Source: Gammaproteobacteria bacterium (lineage in GTDB: Bacteria; Pseudomonadota; Gammaproteobacteria; UBA4575). Taken from it: a DNA stretch of 64,000 bases. The notes beneath the pieces are model-generated. The model made no database searches and was not told the origin of the DNA. It worked only from the letters and a program-made list of their open reading frames with translations. The stretch lies in NCBI GenBank assembly GCA_965222615.1, contig CBDCUI010000007.1:224001-288000 (forward strand), in the 5' to 3' direction. The position numbers and the translations under genes are program-made. Positions 1 through 10,133 of the stretch are shown here, piece after piece (position 1 is the first letter of the stretch; each line of letters opens with the position of its first letter).

Positions 1-1
1 G

Positions 2-826
2 TTCTTATCCGACAACAAAATCATGGGCAGAACCACTTCAGTTTCTGTTCAAGACGACCAAACTTGCTGGTACGAACTGAACAATTCGGTACAAAAAGAA
101 TTATGTGAGCTTGATGTAGTACTGATGCGCAAGGACCCACCGGTGGATATGGAATTTATCTACACCACCTATTTATTAGATCGGCTGCAACAAACGGGAA
201 CCATCGTTGTCAACCATCCTACTAGTCTTCGCAGTGCCAATGAGAAGTTATTGGCAACTCGCTTTCCAGAGTGCACACCTCCTTATGTAGTGAGCAGTGA
301 TAAACAAATTCTTGATGGCTTCATTGATGAATACAAGGAAATCGTAGTTAAACCACTAGATGGAATGGCAGGGGATTCAATCTTCCGTATCCATTACGAT
401 GATCCAAACCGTAATGTAATCGTAGAAACTATTACTCAATTAGGAAGTCGAAAAATAATTGCACAGCAATTTATTGCTGAGTACAAAAAAGGTGATAAAC
501 GCATTTTAATTATTGATGGTAAACCAATTCCTTACGCATTACTTCGCGTTCCTGCTAAAGGCGAATTACGCGCTAACTTAGCTAAAGGTGGTACCGCAAA
601 AGGAATTGAGCTTTCAACAAGGGATTATTGGATTTGCGATCAAATCAAACCGACACTGGAATCATTGCACCTTAGCTTTGTCGGCATAGATATAATTGGA
701 GACTATTTAACCGAAATTAATATCACCAGCCCTACAGGGGTACGCGAATTAGATAAAATATATGAGTTAAATATATGCGGTAAATTATTTGACTATATTG
801 AGACCCAACTTAACAATAGTCGATGA
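2..826 (+). CDS. gshB: Glutathione synthetase (5'-partial, begins before the window)
   Basis: Motifs MRKDPP, NEKL, KPLDGMAG, KGDKRI, RANLAKGG, EINITSPTG; frame open back to position 2; gshB-tonB-yqgE-yqgF synteny. Confidence 0.95.
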   Translation, partial: FLSDNKIMGRTTSVSVQDDQTCWYELNNSVQKELCELDVVLMRKDPPVDMEFIYTTYLLDRLQQTGTIVVNHPTSLRSANEKLLATRFPECTPPYVVSSDKQILDGFIDEYKEIVVKPLDGMAGDSIFRIHYDDPNRNVIVETITQLGSRKIIAQQFIAEYKKGDKRILIIDGKPIPYALLRVPAKGELRANLAKGGTAKGIELSTRDYWICDQIKPTLESLHLSFVGIDIIGDYLTEINITSPTGVRELDKIYELNICGKLFDYIETQLNNSR

Positions 827-982
827 CTTGTCCTATTACGCTTAAAGCCTACTACAAGTATTATATTTTGTTGTCTTAGTGGCAGTAGTTAGCTGATAGA
901 TATAGTTAAATATTAGGTGGTTTTCAATCTTTGGAACAGTACAATTAAACGAAATGAAAGCGCAAACAGATAGCTCTATTTC

Positions 983-1873
983 ATGGCAGCGGTAGCGAAT
1001 ACAGTACAAGTAACTGCCTCTGATCGCTTAGGCTTCAGTTTATTTTTTGCAGCTATTTTACACGCCATGTTGATTCTAGGCATTGGTTTCGGTATCCATT
1101 TCAGTACAGACCCAAATCGAGGTAGCATACTTGAAGTTACAATGGTATTAACCAAAACTCATCAAGAACCTTTAGAAGCAGAACACATTGCCAGTGAAAA
1201 TCAATTAGCCAGTGGTAGTACTGACATCCGCAATCAACCCTCCGCGCCTATAATCGGTTCTAGCCTATTGGATACAGAAGGCATTGCACCAATACAAACA
1301 AACCCAAATCAGCAATCATCTTCTGAGAGTACGTCACAACAAGAAATAATATTGACTCAAGAATCTGTGCAGATGATGCAAGAACAAAAGGAGTCTCGAG
1401 AAAAAGCAGAACAAGAGCAACACCACAGACAAGAGTTACTTACTTCACAACAGCTAGAATTAGCTAAATTGGTTGCCGAAGTGAACCAAGAACAACAAGA
1501 CTACGCCAAAAGGCCTAGAATAAATTATATTGATACGCTGAGCGCTAAAACCGCTACTGAAGCGAGCTATGTAAAAGAATGGGTAGATAAGGTCGAACGC
1601 ATTGGTAATTTGAATTATCCCGATGAGGCTAGACACAAACACCTAACCGGGACATTGATCCTTAGTGTGCTTTTAAATCATGATGGAAAAGTTGTAGATA
1701 TGGAGATAAAGACTTCAGCTGGAAAATCTATACTTGACGAAGCCGCAAAGAAAATTGTTCGAATTGCTGCACCCTTTAAACCGTTTCCACAAGAAATGCG
1801 TGACAGTTATGACCAGTTGATGGTAACTCGAACATGGCTATTTGGCAAAGACAACACCTTACTTACAAAATAA
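983..1873 (+). CDS. TonB family energy transducer
   Basis: N-terminal TM with H (AILHAMLILG), Q/E-rich linker, C-terminal TonB domain (ERIGNLNYP...SILDEAA...AAPFKPFP...TRTW). Confidence 0.85.
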   Translation: MAAVANTVQVTASDRLGFSLFFAAILHAMLILGIGFGIHFSTDPNRGSILEVTMVLTKTHQEPLEAEHIASENQLASGSTDIRNQPSAPIIGSSLLDTEGIAPIQTNPNQQSSSESTSQQEIILTQESVQMMQEQKESREKAEQEQHHRQELLTSQQLELAKLVAEVNQEQQDYAKRPRINYIDTLSAKTATEASYVKEWVDKVERIGNLNYPDEARHKHLTGTLILSVLLNHDGKVVDMEIKTSAGKSILDEAAKKIVRIAAPFKPFPQEMRDSYDQLMVTRTWLFGKDNTLLTK

Positions 1874-1877
1874 TGGT

Positions 1878-2438
1878 ATGTCAGAAACACTAACAAAACA
1901 CCTATTAATCGCCATGCCATCCTTGCAAGATCCTAATTTCTCGCGAACCGTTACTTTAATTTGTGAACATAGCGAAAACGGAGCGATGGGAATCATCATT
2001 AATCAACCTACTTCCTTATCGGTAGAAGAATTGATTAACAATCTAAATACTGAAAATAAAACTGACAGTGTTCCAAACAATAATCCAGTACTTGCAGGCG
2101 GTCCTGTTCTAATGAATCATGGATTTATTTTGCATGACTCTGATCGGGAATGGGAATCCACACATATTATTGATAACGATTTAAAGCTAACTACTTCTGA
2201 AGACATATTAATTGATATCGGTAAAGGCAATGGCCCAGAAAACTCTATTGTGGCTTTAGGCTATGCCGGTTGGGGGGCTGGTCAATTAGAGCAAGAGCTA
2301 GGTGACAACTCTTGGTTAACAGTCCCATATGAGGCTGAAATTGTATTTAATACCCCAATTGAAAAGCGTTGGCAAACTGCCGCAGAAAAACTTGGAATAG
2401 ATTTACATTTAATTTCTAATCAAACAGGACATGCATAA
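1878..2438 (+). CDS. algH: YqgE/AlgH family protein
   Basis: HLLIAMP, DPNFSRTV, GAMGIIINQP, GGPV, LGYAGWGAGQLE; start moved to ATG 1878 just after the tonB stop. Confidence 0.92.
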   Translation: MSETLTKHLLIAMPSLQDPNFSRTVTLICEHSENGAMGIIINQPTSLSVEELINNLNTENKTDSVPNNNPVLAGGPVLMNHGFILHDSDREWESTHIIDNDLKLTTSEDILIDIGKGNGPENSIVALGYAGWGAGQLEQELGDNSWLTVPYEAEIVFNTPIEKRWQTAAEKLGIDLHLISNQTGHA

Positions 2439-2495
2439 GTCGGTTTATTTTTATTTAAACGTGTTCACTAAAAACTTAGCTTCATACATTTTCCG

Positions 2496-2948
2496 ATGGG
2501 CAGCGTAATTGGATTTGATTATGGTGAACGACGAATTGGTGTAGCAGTTGGTTTATTAGAAATAGGTACAGCCAATCCACTCACAACGATTGAGACTACA
2601 TCAGCACAAACTTTGTGGGATGAAATTGACCAAATCATTAAAGAATGGAAACCCGACACACTAATTGTGGGGTGCGTAGAACATCGTACACAAAATAATA
2701 ACCATATAAAAAATAAAATTCTTATCTTTTGCAATAATTTGAAATCACGCTACTATTTGCCCGTAGAAACTATAGATGAATCATATTCATCTGTTACTGC
2801 CTATGAAACACTCAAGGATATGCGTAGTAAAGGTCAACGCAAAAAAATAAGTAAAGCAGACATAGATAAGGCCTCTGCTACAATAATTTTAAACTCTTGG
2901 CTATCATCTAATACAACCCAGGATAAAAATAATCTAAAACATGACTGA
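2496..2948 (+). CDS. ruvX: Holliday-junction-resolvase-like / pre-16S rRNA nuclease YqgF
   Basis: GFDYGERRIGVAVG, IDESYSS, IDKASATIIL; follows yqgE. Confidence 0.92.
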   Translation: MGSVIGFDYGERRIGVAVGLLEIGTANPLTTIETTSAQTLWDEIDQIIKEWKPDTLIVGCVEHRTQNNNHIKNKILIFCNNLKSRYYLPVETIDESYSSVTAYETLKDMRSKGQRKKISKADIDKASATIILNSWLSSNTTQDKNNLKHD

Positions 2949-3438
2949 TTTAGACGCTAAACAGTTAATGCAAAAACTAGCCCAAGATTTACAAAACTAT
3001 ATGGGCGAAAAAAATATAGAAAAGCCAATATTTATTGGCATTCTCACTGGTGGCGTATGGGTAGCCAAGCATCTACAATCATTATTAAGTGACAATAGCG
3101 AACTTGGAATACTAGACATCACTTTTTACCGTGATGATTTCAGCCGTGTAGGGATACAACCGACGGTAAAGCCTTCTAAATTACCCTTAAACCTGAACGA
3201 CCGACATATTATCTTAGTTGATGATGTCCTGCATACGGGCCGAACCGTGCGTGCTGCTTTAAATGAAATATTTGATTATGGTCGTCCTGCTTCAGTAAGT
3301 TTGGTTACATTAGTACAACGAAATGGAAGAGAATTGCCCATACAGGCTGATGTGGTGGGAGAAACGTTACGGCTGAAGGCTAAACAACATGTGAAACTAA
3401 GTGGCCCTGAGCCATTAACATTAGCGGTTGTCGATTAA
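2941..3438 (+). CDS. pyrR: Pyrimidine regulatory protein / uracil phosphoribosyltransferase
   Basis: LDITFYRDD, ILVDDVLHTGRTVRAAL, RELPIQAD. Confidence 0.95.
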   Translation: MTDLDAKQLMQKLAQDLQNYMGEKNIEKPIFIGILTGGVWVAKHLQSLLSDNSELGILDITFYRDDFSRVGIQPTVKPSKLPLNLNDRHIILVDDVLHTGRTVRAALNEIFDYGRPASVSLVTLVQRNGRELPIQADVVGETLRLKAKQHVKLSGPEPLTLAVVD

Positions 3439-3444
3439 ACTCTT

Positions 3445-4386
3445 ATGCGACATTTTTTAAACATCGGAGCATTCAACAACGAAGAACTCACTCAAATTCT
3501 TGATACAGCCGAGTCATTTATCAGCGTAGACAATCGATCAATAAAGAAAGTGCCCCTGCTACGTGGCAAAACCATTGTAAATCTATTTTTTGAACCCAGC
3601 ACTAGAACCCGCACTACTTTTGAACTCGCAGCTAAACGACTTTCAGCCGATGTGTTAAACATTAATGTTGCAACCTCAGCAACAACAAAGGGCGAGAGCT
3701 TACTAGACACACTTTTCAATCTAGAAGCCATGAATACTGATGTATTTATCGTTAGACATTCTGAAAGTGGTGCTGCCGATTTCATTGCTAAATACGTCGC
3801 GCCTCATGTCAGCATTATTAATGCTGGAGATGGCAGCCACTCTCATCCTACACAAGCCATGTTGGATATGTTTACCATTAGAAAACACCTTAATGATTTT
3901 TCCAAACTAAACGTAGCAATCGTTGGTGATATTTTGCATTCACGTGTCGCACGTTCACAAATAGAAGCATTAAATATTTTAGGTGCTAGAGATGTCCGTG
4001 TGATCGCACCGCGTACCTTACTCCCAGCCAATGTTGAACAGCTAGGAGTAAGTGTTTTTCAAAACTGTAAAGAAGGATTAAGTAATGCAGATGTCATCAT
4101 TATGCTGCGTTTACAAAAGGAACGCATGCAGGGAGCATTCATCCCTAGCGAACATGAATATTTTCAATTGTATGGATTAACTCCTGAACGTCTGGCACTC
4201 GCCAAACCAAATGCCATTGTAATGCATCCAGGACCAATTAATCGTGGTGTGGAAATCAGCTCTGAAGTAGCCGATGGTCCACAATCTGTTATTTTGCAAC
4301 AAGTAGAGTATGGAATAGCTGTACGCATGGCCATTTTATCAATTGTCATTAGTTCAGATCAAAATGGAGTAACGAGTGAAAATTGA
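3445..4386 (+). CDS. pyrB: Aspartate carbamoyltransferase catalytic subunit
   Basis: [42 protein letters not shown]. Confidence 0.97.
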   Translation: MRHFLNIGAFNNEELTQILDTAESFISVDNRSIKKVPLLRGKTIVNLFFEPSTRTRTTFELAAKRLSADVLNINVATSATTKGESLLDTLFNLEAMNTDVFIVRHSESGAADFIAKYVAPHVSIINAGDGSHSHPTQAMLDMFTIRKHLNDFSKLNVAIVGDILHSRVARSQIEALNILGARDVRVIAPRTLLPANVEQLGVSVFQNCKEGLSNADVIIMLRLQKERMQGAFIPSEHEYFQLYGLTPERLALAKPNAIVMHPGPINRGVEISSEVADGPQSVILQQVEYGIAVRMAILSIVISSDQNGVTSEN

Positions 4387-5656
4387 AATTCTAAATGGCC
4401 ACCTCGTTGATCCTAAAAATAAAATAGACCAACAAGCTGACGTTTTTATTGCCACTGGCAAAGTAGTTGCTATCGCGAAACCACCTAGTGATTGGCAAGC
4501 CGAACTCAGTATTGATGCAAAGAATAAACTCATACTACCTGGTTTAGTTGAGCTTTCAGCAAGCTTGCGAGAACCGGGACATGAGCATAAAGCAACCATT
4601 CAATCAGAAACACAAGCCGCCGCCGCGGCTGGAGTTACTAGCCTTGCTTGTCTACCAAATACCGATCCAGTAGTAGACACACCAGCACAAGTAGAATTAA
4701 TCGAACAGCTTTCTCACAACAGTGGGCTGTGTAATGTATACATCATTGGGGCCCTAACAGCTGGGTTAAAAGGTGAAAACTTAAGTGAAATGGCAGCATT
4801 GAAAGCTGCAGGTTGTGTAGGCGTTACAAATGTCTTTCACCCCATCAAAAATTCATTAGTATTACGCCGCGCAATGGAGTATGCATCGAGTCAAAACTTA
4901 ACCGTCTTCTCTCATCCCTTAGATCACAAACTTGCTAATCACGGTTGTATACATGAAGGCCTGACTTCATCACGTTTAGGTTTGCCTGGCATCCCCGCAG
5001 CTGCAGAAACAGCTGCTGTAGCTTTTCAATTAGCACTAATAGAAGAACTGAATGTATGTACACATTTTTGCAGGCTCTCTACAAAACGTGCTGTTAATAT
5101 GATTGGGCGTGCACGTTATGAAAAATTACCCGTGACAGCGGATACTAGTATTCTACACTTGTATTTAACAGATCAAGACATCCAAAGTTTCGATGCTCTG
5201 TGTCATAACCTACCACCGTATCGTACACGCGAAGATCGCGAAGCACTACGTGCAGGAGTTAAGGATGGAGTACTATCAGCGATTTGTGCAGACCATCAGC
5301 CACATGAAATTGAGGCCAAACTTGCTCCTTTTCAATCTACCGAACCAGGTAGTTCAGCGATTGAAACTTTACTGCCCTTAGTGCTCGAATTAGTAGAAGA
5401 AGATATTTTGAGTATGAGTGAAGCTGTGCACTTGGTCACACAAGGCCCAGCAGAAATACTTGGAATTGAAGCAGGAAGTTTGCGTGTTGGCAACTGTGCC
5501 GATGTGTGTATTGTGAATCCAAATTTAAGTTGGACATTGAACAGTGAAACATTATGCAGTAGTGGTAAAAATACTCCTCTTTTAGGTGATCAGCTGCATG
5601 GACGTGTCAGCCACACTATTCTTGGTGGAAAACTAATCTACGAAAGTCAACCTTAG
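4376..5656 (+). CDS. pyrC: Dihydroorotase-like protein, probably inactive PyrC'
   Basis: LREPG, AAAGVT, PNTDP, DHQPH, SSGKNTP; the metal-binding HxH is replaced by SAS ([11 protein letters not shown]). Confidence 0.88.
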   Translation: MKIEILNGHLVDPKNKIDQQADVFIATGKVVAIAKPPSDWQAELSIDAKNKLILPGLVELSASLREPGHEHKATIQSETQAAAAAGVTSLACLPNTDPVVDTPAQVELIEQLSHNSGLCNVYIIGALTAGLKGENLSEMAALKAAGCVGVTNVFHPIKNSLVLRRAMEYASSQNLTVFSHPLDHKLANHGCIHEGLTSSRLGLPGIPAAAETAAVAFQLALIEELNVCTHFCRLSTKRAVNMIGRARYEKLPVTADTSILHLYLTDQDIQSFDALCHNLPPYRTREDREALRAGVKDGVLSAICADHQPHEIEAKLAPFQSTEPGSSAIETLLPLVLELVEEDILSMSEAVHLVTQGPAEILGIEAGSLRVGNCADVCIVNPNLSWTLNSETLCSSGKNTPLLGDQLHGRVSHTILGGKLIYESQP

Positions 5657-5706
5657 CTTAGTGTTGTTTACTTATAACAGAGGCTGTCTGAAATGGAGAA
5701 TGTAGT

Positions 5707-6588
5707 CTGAATATACACCGCAATACGATCTTCGAAGAAAGTGCAGAAGTTATTAACCATGAATCTTTAGCTGCACAACAGTATGTGATAACTCTCAAAG
5801 TCCCAAAATGTGCAAAACATGCACGGCCAGGGAATTTTGTTCATCTGCAATGTGATCAAAAATTAGCTATGCGACGGCCATTCTCTATCATGCGCAGTGA
5901 TCCAACTGCTGGACACATAGATATCCTTTATAAAATAGTAGGACATGGAAGCGCATATCTTGCAACACGTAAAAAAGGCGATGTTATTCAATGTTTAGGA
6001 CCAATTGGCAACTCTTTTCAACTTAAACAAACTACAACTCATCCTTTACTACTGGGTGGTGGCGTAGGTATTCCTCCTATGGTGTTCTTTGCCGATGAGT
6101 TACGTAAAAATATTTACCAGAAAAAAAATATCACACCATTTGTAGTCATGGGTTCTGAGGTTCCTTTTCCATTTACTTCTAAACCATCAAAAATTCTGAT
6201 ACCAAACATCCCCAATGACGTGATTGCGTCCATGCCATTACTAGATGACTGGGGTATAGCCTCTCGTCTTACCAGTCAACAAGACTATCAAGGCTGTTTT
6301 AAAGGTTATGTACACGAACTCGCTGAGCATTGGTTTAAAAACTTAGATAAAAAAATTCAACGTGGTGTTGAAATATTTGCTTGTGGCCCAACTTTGATGC
6401 TGCAGTCTATTGCCAAATTTGCTAAGCGCTATCGAATTCCTTGCCAGCTTTCTTTGGAAGAATATATGGCCTGTGCGGTAGGTGGTTGTGCTGGCTGTGT
6501 AGTCCCTTACAAAGAAAATAATACAGTTACTGCAATGAAACGGGTTTGTGTCGATGGCCCAATTTTTAATGCTGAAAATATTTTTTAA
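5707..6588 (+). CDS. pyrK: Dihydroorotate dehydrogenase electron-transfer subunit (PyrK-like FAD/[2Fe-2S] protein)
   Basis: RRPFS, GGGVGIPP, ACGP, MACAVGGCAGC...RVCVDGPIF; the frame extends upstream of GTG 5785 to a CTG at 5707 preceded by GGAG (start uncertain). Confidence 0.82.
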   Translation: MNIHRNTIFEESAEVINHESLAAQQYVITLKVPKCAKHARPGNFVHLQCDQKLAMRRPFSIMRSDPTAGHIDILYKIVGHGSAYLATRKKGDVIQCLGPIGNSFQLKQTTTHPLLLGGGVGIPPMVFFADELRKNIYQKKNITPFVVMGSEVPFPFTSKPSKILIPNIPNDVIASMPLLDDWGIASRLTSQQDYQGCFKGYVHELAEHWFKNLDKKIQRGVEIFACGPTLMLQSIAKFAKRYRIPCQLSLEEYMACAVGGCAGCVVPYKENNTVTAMKRVCVDGPIFNAENIF

Positions 6589-6612
6589 ATTCACACAAAT
6601 TTACATTTCGTG

Positions 6613-6630
6613 TCGTCAAAATTTTGACGA
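6613..6630. repeat. Perfect 18-bp palindrome between convergent genes (terminator-like or operator)
   Basis: TCGTCAAAATTTTGACGA equals its own reverse complement. Confidence 0.6.
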
Positions 6631-6672
6631 TAAAAACTTCTATAAAAATTTCTGGCCCATCTCTAGGTTTAT

Positions 6673-7017
6673 TTACAAGTTGGAAATACATTTTTCCATC
6701 TTGTCCACTACGATATCAAGGATTTGTTGTCCCCTCTCGCTTATATGCAAATGTTTAACTCGAGAATCTCCATCACTAGATGATTCAGATATATACTGGT
6801 ATTCGTTAACCAAATCCTTTACATATCTCTTAAGAGTTGTCGAAGAAATCGCAGAAATTTTGCCGTTTAAATCATTGCGGGTTATCCCATCATTCAAATA
6901 AACGGTAATCAGTATATCTAGGTGGCTCAAACAAAACCCTAGCGTAGAGCTTGACCTGATTGTTTGAACTGTATCTCCCCAACAGGAAAGAATGATTTTT
7001 TCTTTTTTATCGAACAC
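6673..7017 (-). CDS. MarR-like winged-helix DNA-binding protein
   Basis: HTH (ITRNDL...ISSTTLKRYVKDL) and wing motif DGDSRVKHLHISERG. Confidence 0.65.
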   Translation of the reverse strand: MFDKKEKIILSCWGDTVQTIRSSSTLGFCLSHLDILITVYLNDGITRNDLNGKISAISSTTLKRYVKDLVNEYQYISESSSDGDSRVKHLHISERGQQILDIVVDKMEKCISNL

Positions 7018-7094
7018 AAGGCGTAATTTATTGCTTATATCTATGCAATAGCTACATTATTGTTGAATATTGTAATCCCTTTGCAATACAAATA

Positions 7095-7175
7095 AATGAT
7101 AGGAACAAAATCGGACCTAATTAAGGTTTGAAGTATCCAATAACAAATATTAGGACCGATAACGTCCCTATCATT
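7095..7175. promoter_or_regulatory. 27-bp imperfect inverted repeat pair with 27-bp spacer (candidate operator)
   Basis: 7095-7121 AATGATAGGAACAAAATCGGACCTAAT versus reverse complement of 7149-7175 AATGATAGGGACGTTATCGGTCCTAAT (22/27 identical). Confidence 0.6.
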
Positions 7176-7247
7176 GTAAAAAGAATTCTCCTCATTACTA
7201 TATTTGTAAGTCTTAAAATATCTAAGCAAATAAGTCGGACATTTTTA

Positions 7248-7478
7248 ATGAGGGACGATGATAAAATTGTATCGCTGGAAGATATGGATACAGCGATTTT
7301 AAGCCTTGAGGGTTGGGAACTTAAAAAAGTTTTTGAAGGCGCCCCTAAGCATACTGTAGAAATCTTTGAAACGGCGATGGAATATGCTGAAAAGCTTGCC
7401 GAGTGTTACACAGTTGGCTATCGGCCTGTGAAAAGCAATAAAAGTGTTTTTGTAGATATCTATGTAAATAAAAAATAA
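7248..7478 (+). CDS. Small hypothetical protein (about 76 aa, MRDDDKIVSLED...)
   Basis: Protein-like composition from the internal ATG; the 7128 start lies inside the inverted repeat. Confidence 0.45.
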   Translation: MRDDDKIVSLEDMDTAILSLEGWELKKVFEGAPKHTVEIFETAMEYAEKLAECYTVGYRPVKSNKSVFVDIYVNKK

Positions 7479-7902
7479 AGCACTTCTAAATTTCCCTCCA
7501 ATTTATTACTTAACAAACTAGAAAAACATCTAGCTTGCATAGTAAAAGTTGTGTTGCGCATATTAAAGAAAATAACTAAGTTACTGCGATAAAATGCACT
7601 TTTGTAGACAGTCCCATATTAAGACAGGAAATAATAATTAATGCTTAAAATAGTTAAGTTATGTGAAGAAAATTATTATAAAGGCATCATAGCGAAATAT
7701 GTCTGCATCAATGATCCAACCAATCTCCACACAATTAAGTGATTACCTACCTCCACTTAAAAGCATTTACCAAAATTTGTTGAGTAACTGACCTAGAACA
7801 ATAAACTTCTAAGCATAGGTGTATACACTTTAATGTAAGTGGCTTATGGAGTTATGCCGTTAATCGAAAACAATGGTCATGAATTTAACGAAGGAAAATG
7901 CT

Positions 7903-8019
7903 ATGAAAGATCATAACGTAAGTGACAATAGCAAAAGCCCCATAATAACAGTGGTTTGGGTATTACTAACTATTACTGTTTTTGTAGTGTTATTTGGAAC
8001 TCTACTAACCTTTTTATGA
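7903..8019 (+). CDS. Small single-TM protein (38 aa), below the ORF-track cut-off
   Basis: AAGGA then ATG; MKDHNVSDNSKSPIITVVWVLLTITVFVVLFGTLLTFL*. Confidence 0.4.
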   Translation: MKDHNVSDNSKSPIITVVWVLLTITVFVVLFGTLLTFL

Positions 8020-8284
8020 GCACTTAGTAATAAGTCTACTAACACCGCAGCAAATTTTTTAAACTCATAAAAATTGGATCGACTTGTTGGATTAATAGTA
8101 CTTGCAACTAAAAATCTGATGTTAAGCATCTGAAAATTACTTATTAAAAAACGTATTTATGTGCCACACATGTTTAGCTATAAACATTTTACGTAATATT
8201 TAGCCTAACATTGAGCTTTATACTCTCTATTAAATTCAACTCCTGCCTAAATTACATTTTCATATTTAAAAACGAAGCTTGGTC

Positions 8285-8573
8285 TTAGCCCTGTTTTCTC
8301 AAGCTTAATATCATAGTAGTCGGCAAATGTTCAGCATCTGATCGCACTTTAAACGCGTAAGCGAGTATTCCAGCTACTTTGTTTGATGTGATATTTCCTC
8401 TTTTTATATCATCGATAATTGCTTTAAATGCTGCAATATCCTTCTTCTCAATCTTTACTTTAGAGTTATTTTTACACTCAATTAAAACTAACGTTTCTTC
8501 CTCGTTGACCATATCAATAAAGGAAACCTCAATCTGAATGCCTACAACTACTTTTACCTTCTTTCTAGCACAT
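8285..8573 (-). pseudogene. Relic of a Mrr-like PD-(D/E)xK restriction endonuclease
   Basis: QIEVSF...VLIECKN...KIEKKDIAAFKAIIDDI...GIL matches the Mrr catalytic domain; no proper N-terminus, which is replaced by a repeat. Confidence 0.55.
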
Positions 8574-8685
8574 AACATCACACTGAAAAACGCAAAAGCT
8601 TTTCGGATGAAAAGTGAGTAGTGTTTGAGCGTAGTGAGTTTGCGAGCCGCCGAAAAGATCGAACATCGCAAGACTCAGTGATGTT
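8574..8685. repeat. MITE/REP-like nested palindromic element (about 110 bp)
   Basis: Termini AACATCACACTGA / TCAGTGATGTT; internal CTTTTCGG (8599-8606) pairs with CCGAAAAG (8650-8657); core TGTTTGAGCGTAGTGAGTT. Confidence 0.5.
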
Positions 8686-8783
8686 CAACGCTAATGCTTT
8701 TGGATGAAACAGCTATTTTTAAAATGACTAAATATACTGCATCTTCCTTGATGGAAACCTTATTCGCATCTCCATGTGCTCAC

Positions 8784-10133
8784 TCATTGGTCCCCAAACA
8801 CTGATTTCAAGCGATCTAGATAGCCCGCATCTTTTCCATCTTCCTCGTCAAGAATGGGTTGGTTGGGTTCCGCGGGCTCTGCGTCATCTTCAGAGTTGAA
8901 ATCCAAGATCTCATGATCATCAAATCCAACATGGCTATCCAAGATTTCACCATCGACAACAGAATCTGACAACGAGTGAGATACAGAAGGTTGACCTTTT
9001 TTATCTGTGTCATTTGATTTTTGGGTTTCGGACGGAAACTGTAAATTATCACTGGTATCATTAACGCTTTTAACCCCACCACCAAAATTAATCTGCCATT
9101 CAAGGTTGCCTCGAGAATCTGCATGGGAAAGCGCATCATCCAGCGATATCTTTTCACTTTTATATAAATCATATAAAGATTGGTCAAAGGTTTGCATCCC
9201 TGATGCAGCACCTTTTTCCATGATCGGTTTAATCTCACCAACCTCACCACGTTTAATAAGGTCAGAGATATAAGGAGTGTTAATCATTATCTCTACTGCA
9301 GGCACACGACCGCCTTCGACATTAGGAATTAAACGCTGCGAAACAATCCCGCGTAAGTTTAATGCCAAATCCATTAAGATTTGTGCTTTTCCATCTGATG
9401 GGAAAAAGTTTACAATACGGTCCAATGCTTGGTTAGCATTTACGGCGTGCAAGGTCGTTAAACAAAGGTGACCTGTATCGGCATAGGTGATAGCAGCTTC
9501 CATGGTTTCTTTATCACGCACCTCACCAATCATGATCAGATCCGGTGCTTCACGCATAGCTTCGCGCAAAGCATTTTCATAAGAAAGCGTATCCAGGCCT
9601 ACTTCACGTTGGCCAATAATGGATTTTTTATGACTGAATGCATATTCGATAGGATCTTCAATAGTAAGAATATGTCCCGTTTGATTTTTATTGCGGTGCT
9701 CAATCATCGATGCCAATGAGGTCGATTTACCAGAACCGGTAGAACCCACTACGATAACCAAACCATTTTTCTGCGCGACTAGCTTTTTAAGGATCGGGGG
9801 CAAACCTAAATCTTCTAATTCTGGAATATCGCCTTTGATGAATCGAATCACCATAGATACTTCACCACGTTGGTAATAGACATTGACACGAAAACGACCA
9901 GCACCTGCTACTGAAATACCAAGATTCATCTCCTTGGTCATTTCAAACTCGTTAACTTGTTGTTCATCCATGATGCTATATGCAATTTTCTGCACCACAC
10001 CAGGCTCTAGCACATTACGACTTACACGGCGCGTAACACCTTCTACTTTTGTGCATACTGGAGCACCTGTTGTAAAAAATAGGTCCGAGGCATTTTGCTC
10101 GACCATTAATTTTAGATATGGATCTATATTCAT
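8784..10133 (-). CDS. Second PilU-like type IV pilus retraction ATPase with acidic C-terminal tail
   Basis: ASDLFFTTGAP, GSTGSGKST, TIEDPIE, IMIGEVRD, TGHLCLTTLHA, GMQTFDQ; about 95-aa D/E-rich tail. Confidence 0.9.
   Translation of the reverse strand: MNIDPYLKLMVEQNASDLFFTTGAPVCTKVEGVTRRVSRNVLEPGVVQKIAYSIMDEQQVNEFEMTKEMNLGISVAGAGRFRVNVYYQRGEVSMVIRFIKGDIPELEDLGLPPILKKLVAQKNGLVIVVGSTGSGKSTSLASMIEHRNKNQTGHILTIEDPIEYAFSHKKSIIGQREVGLDTLSYENALREAMREAPDLIMIGEVRDKETMEAAITYADTGHLCLTTLHAVNANQALDRIVNFFPSDGKAQILMDLALNLRGIVSQRLIPNVEGGRVPAVEIMINTPYISDLIKRGEVGEIKPIMEKGAASGMQTFDQSLYDLYKSEKISLDDALSHADSRGNLEWQINFGGGVKSVNDTSDNLQFPSETQKSNDTDKKGQPSVSHSLSDSVVDGEILDSHVGFDDHEILDFNSEDDAEPAEPNQPILDEEDGKDAGYLDRLKSVFGDQ

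Noticed and set aside
6548-6901. 117-aa + strand ORF
   Set aside because: Antisense to the winged-helix gene, which has recognisable motifs
7911-8129. 72-aa minus-strand ORF
   Set aside because: No RBS or motif; the + strand micro-ORF with RBS and TM is more plausible
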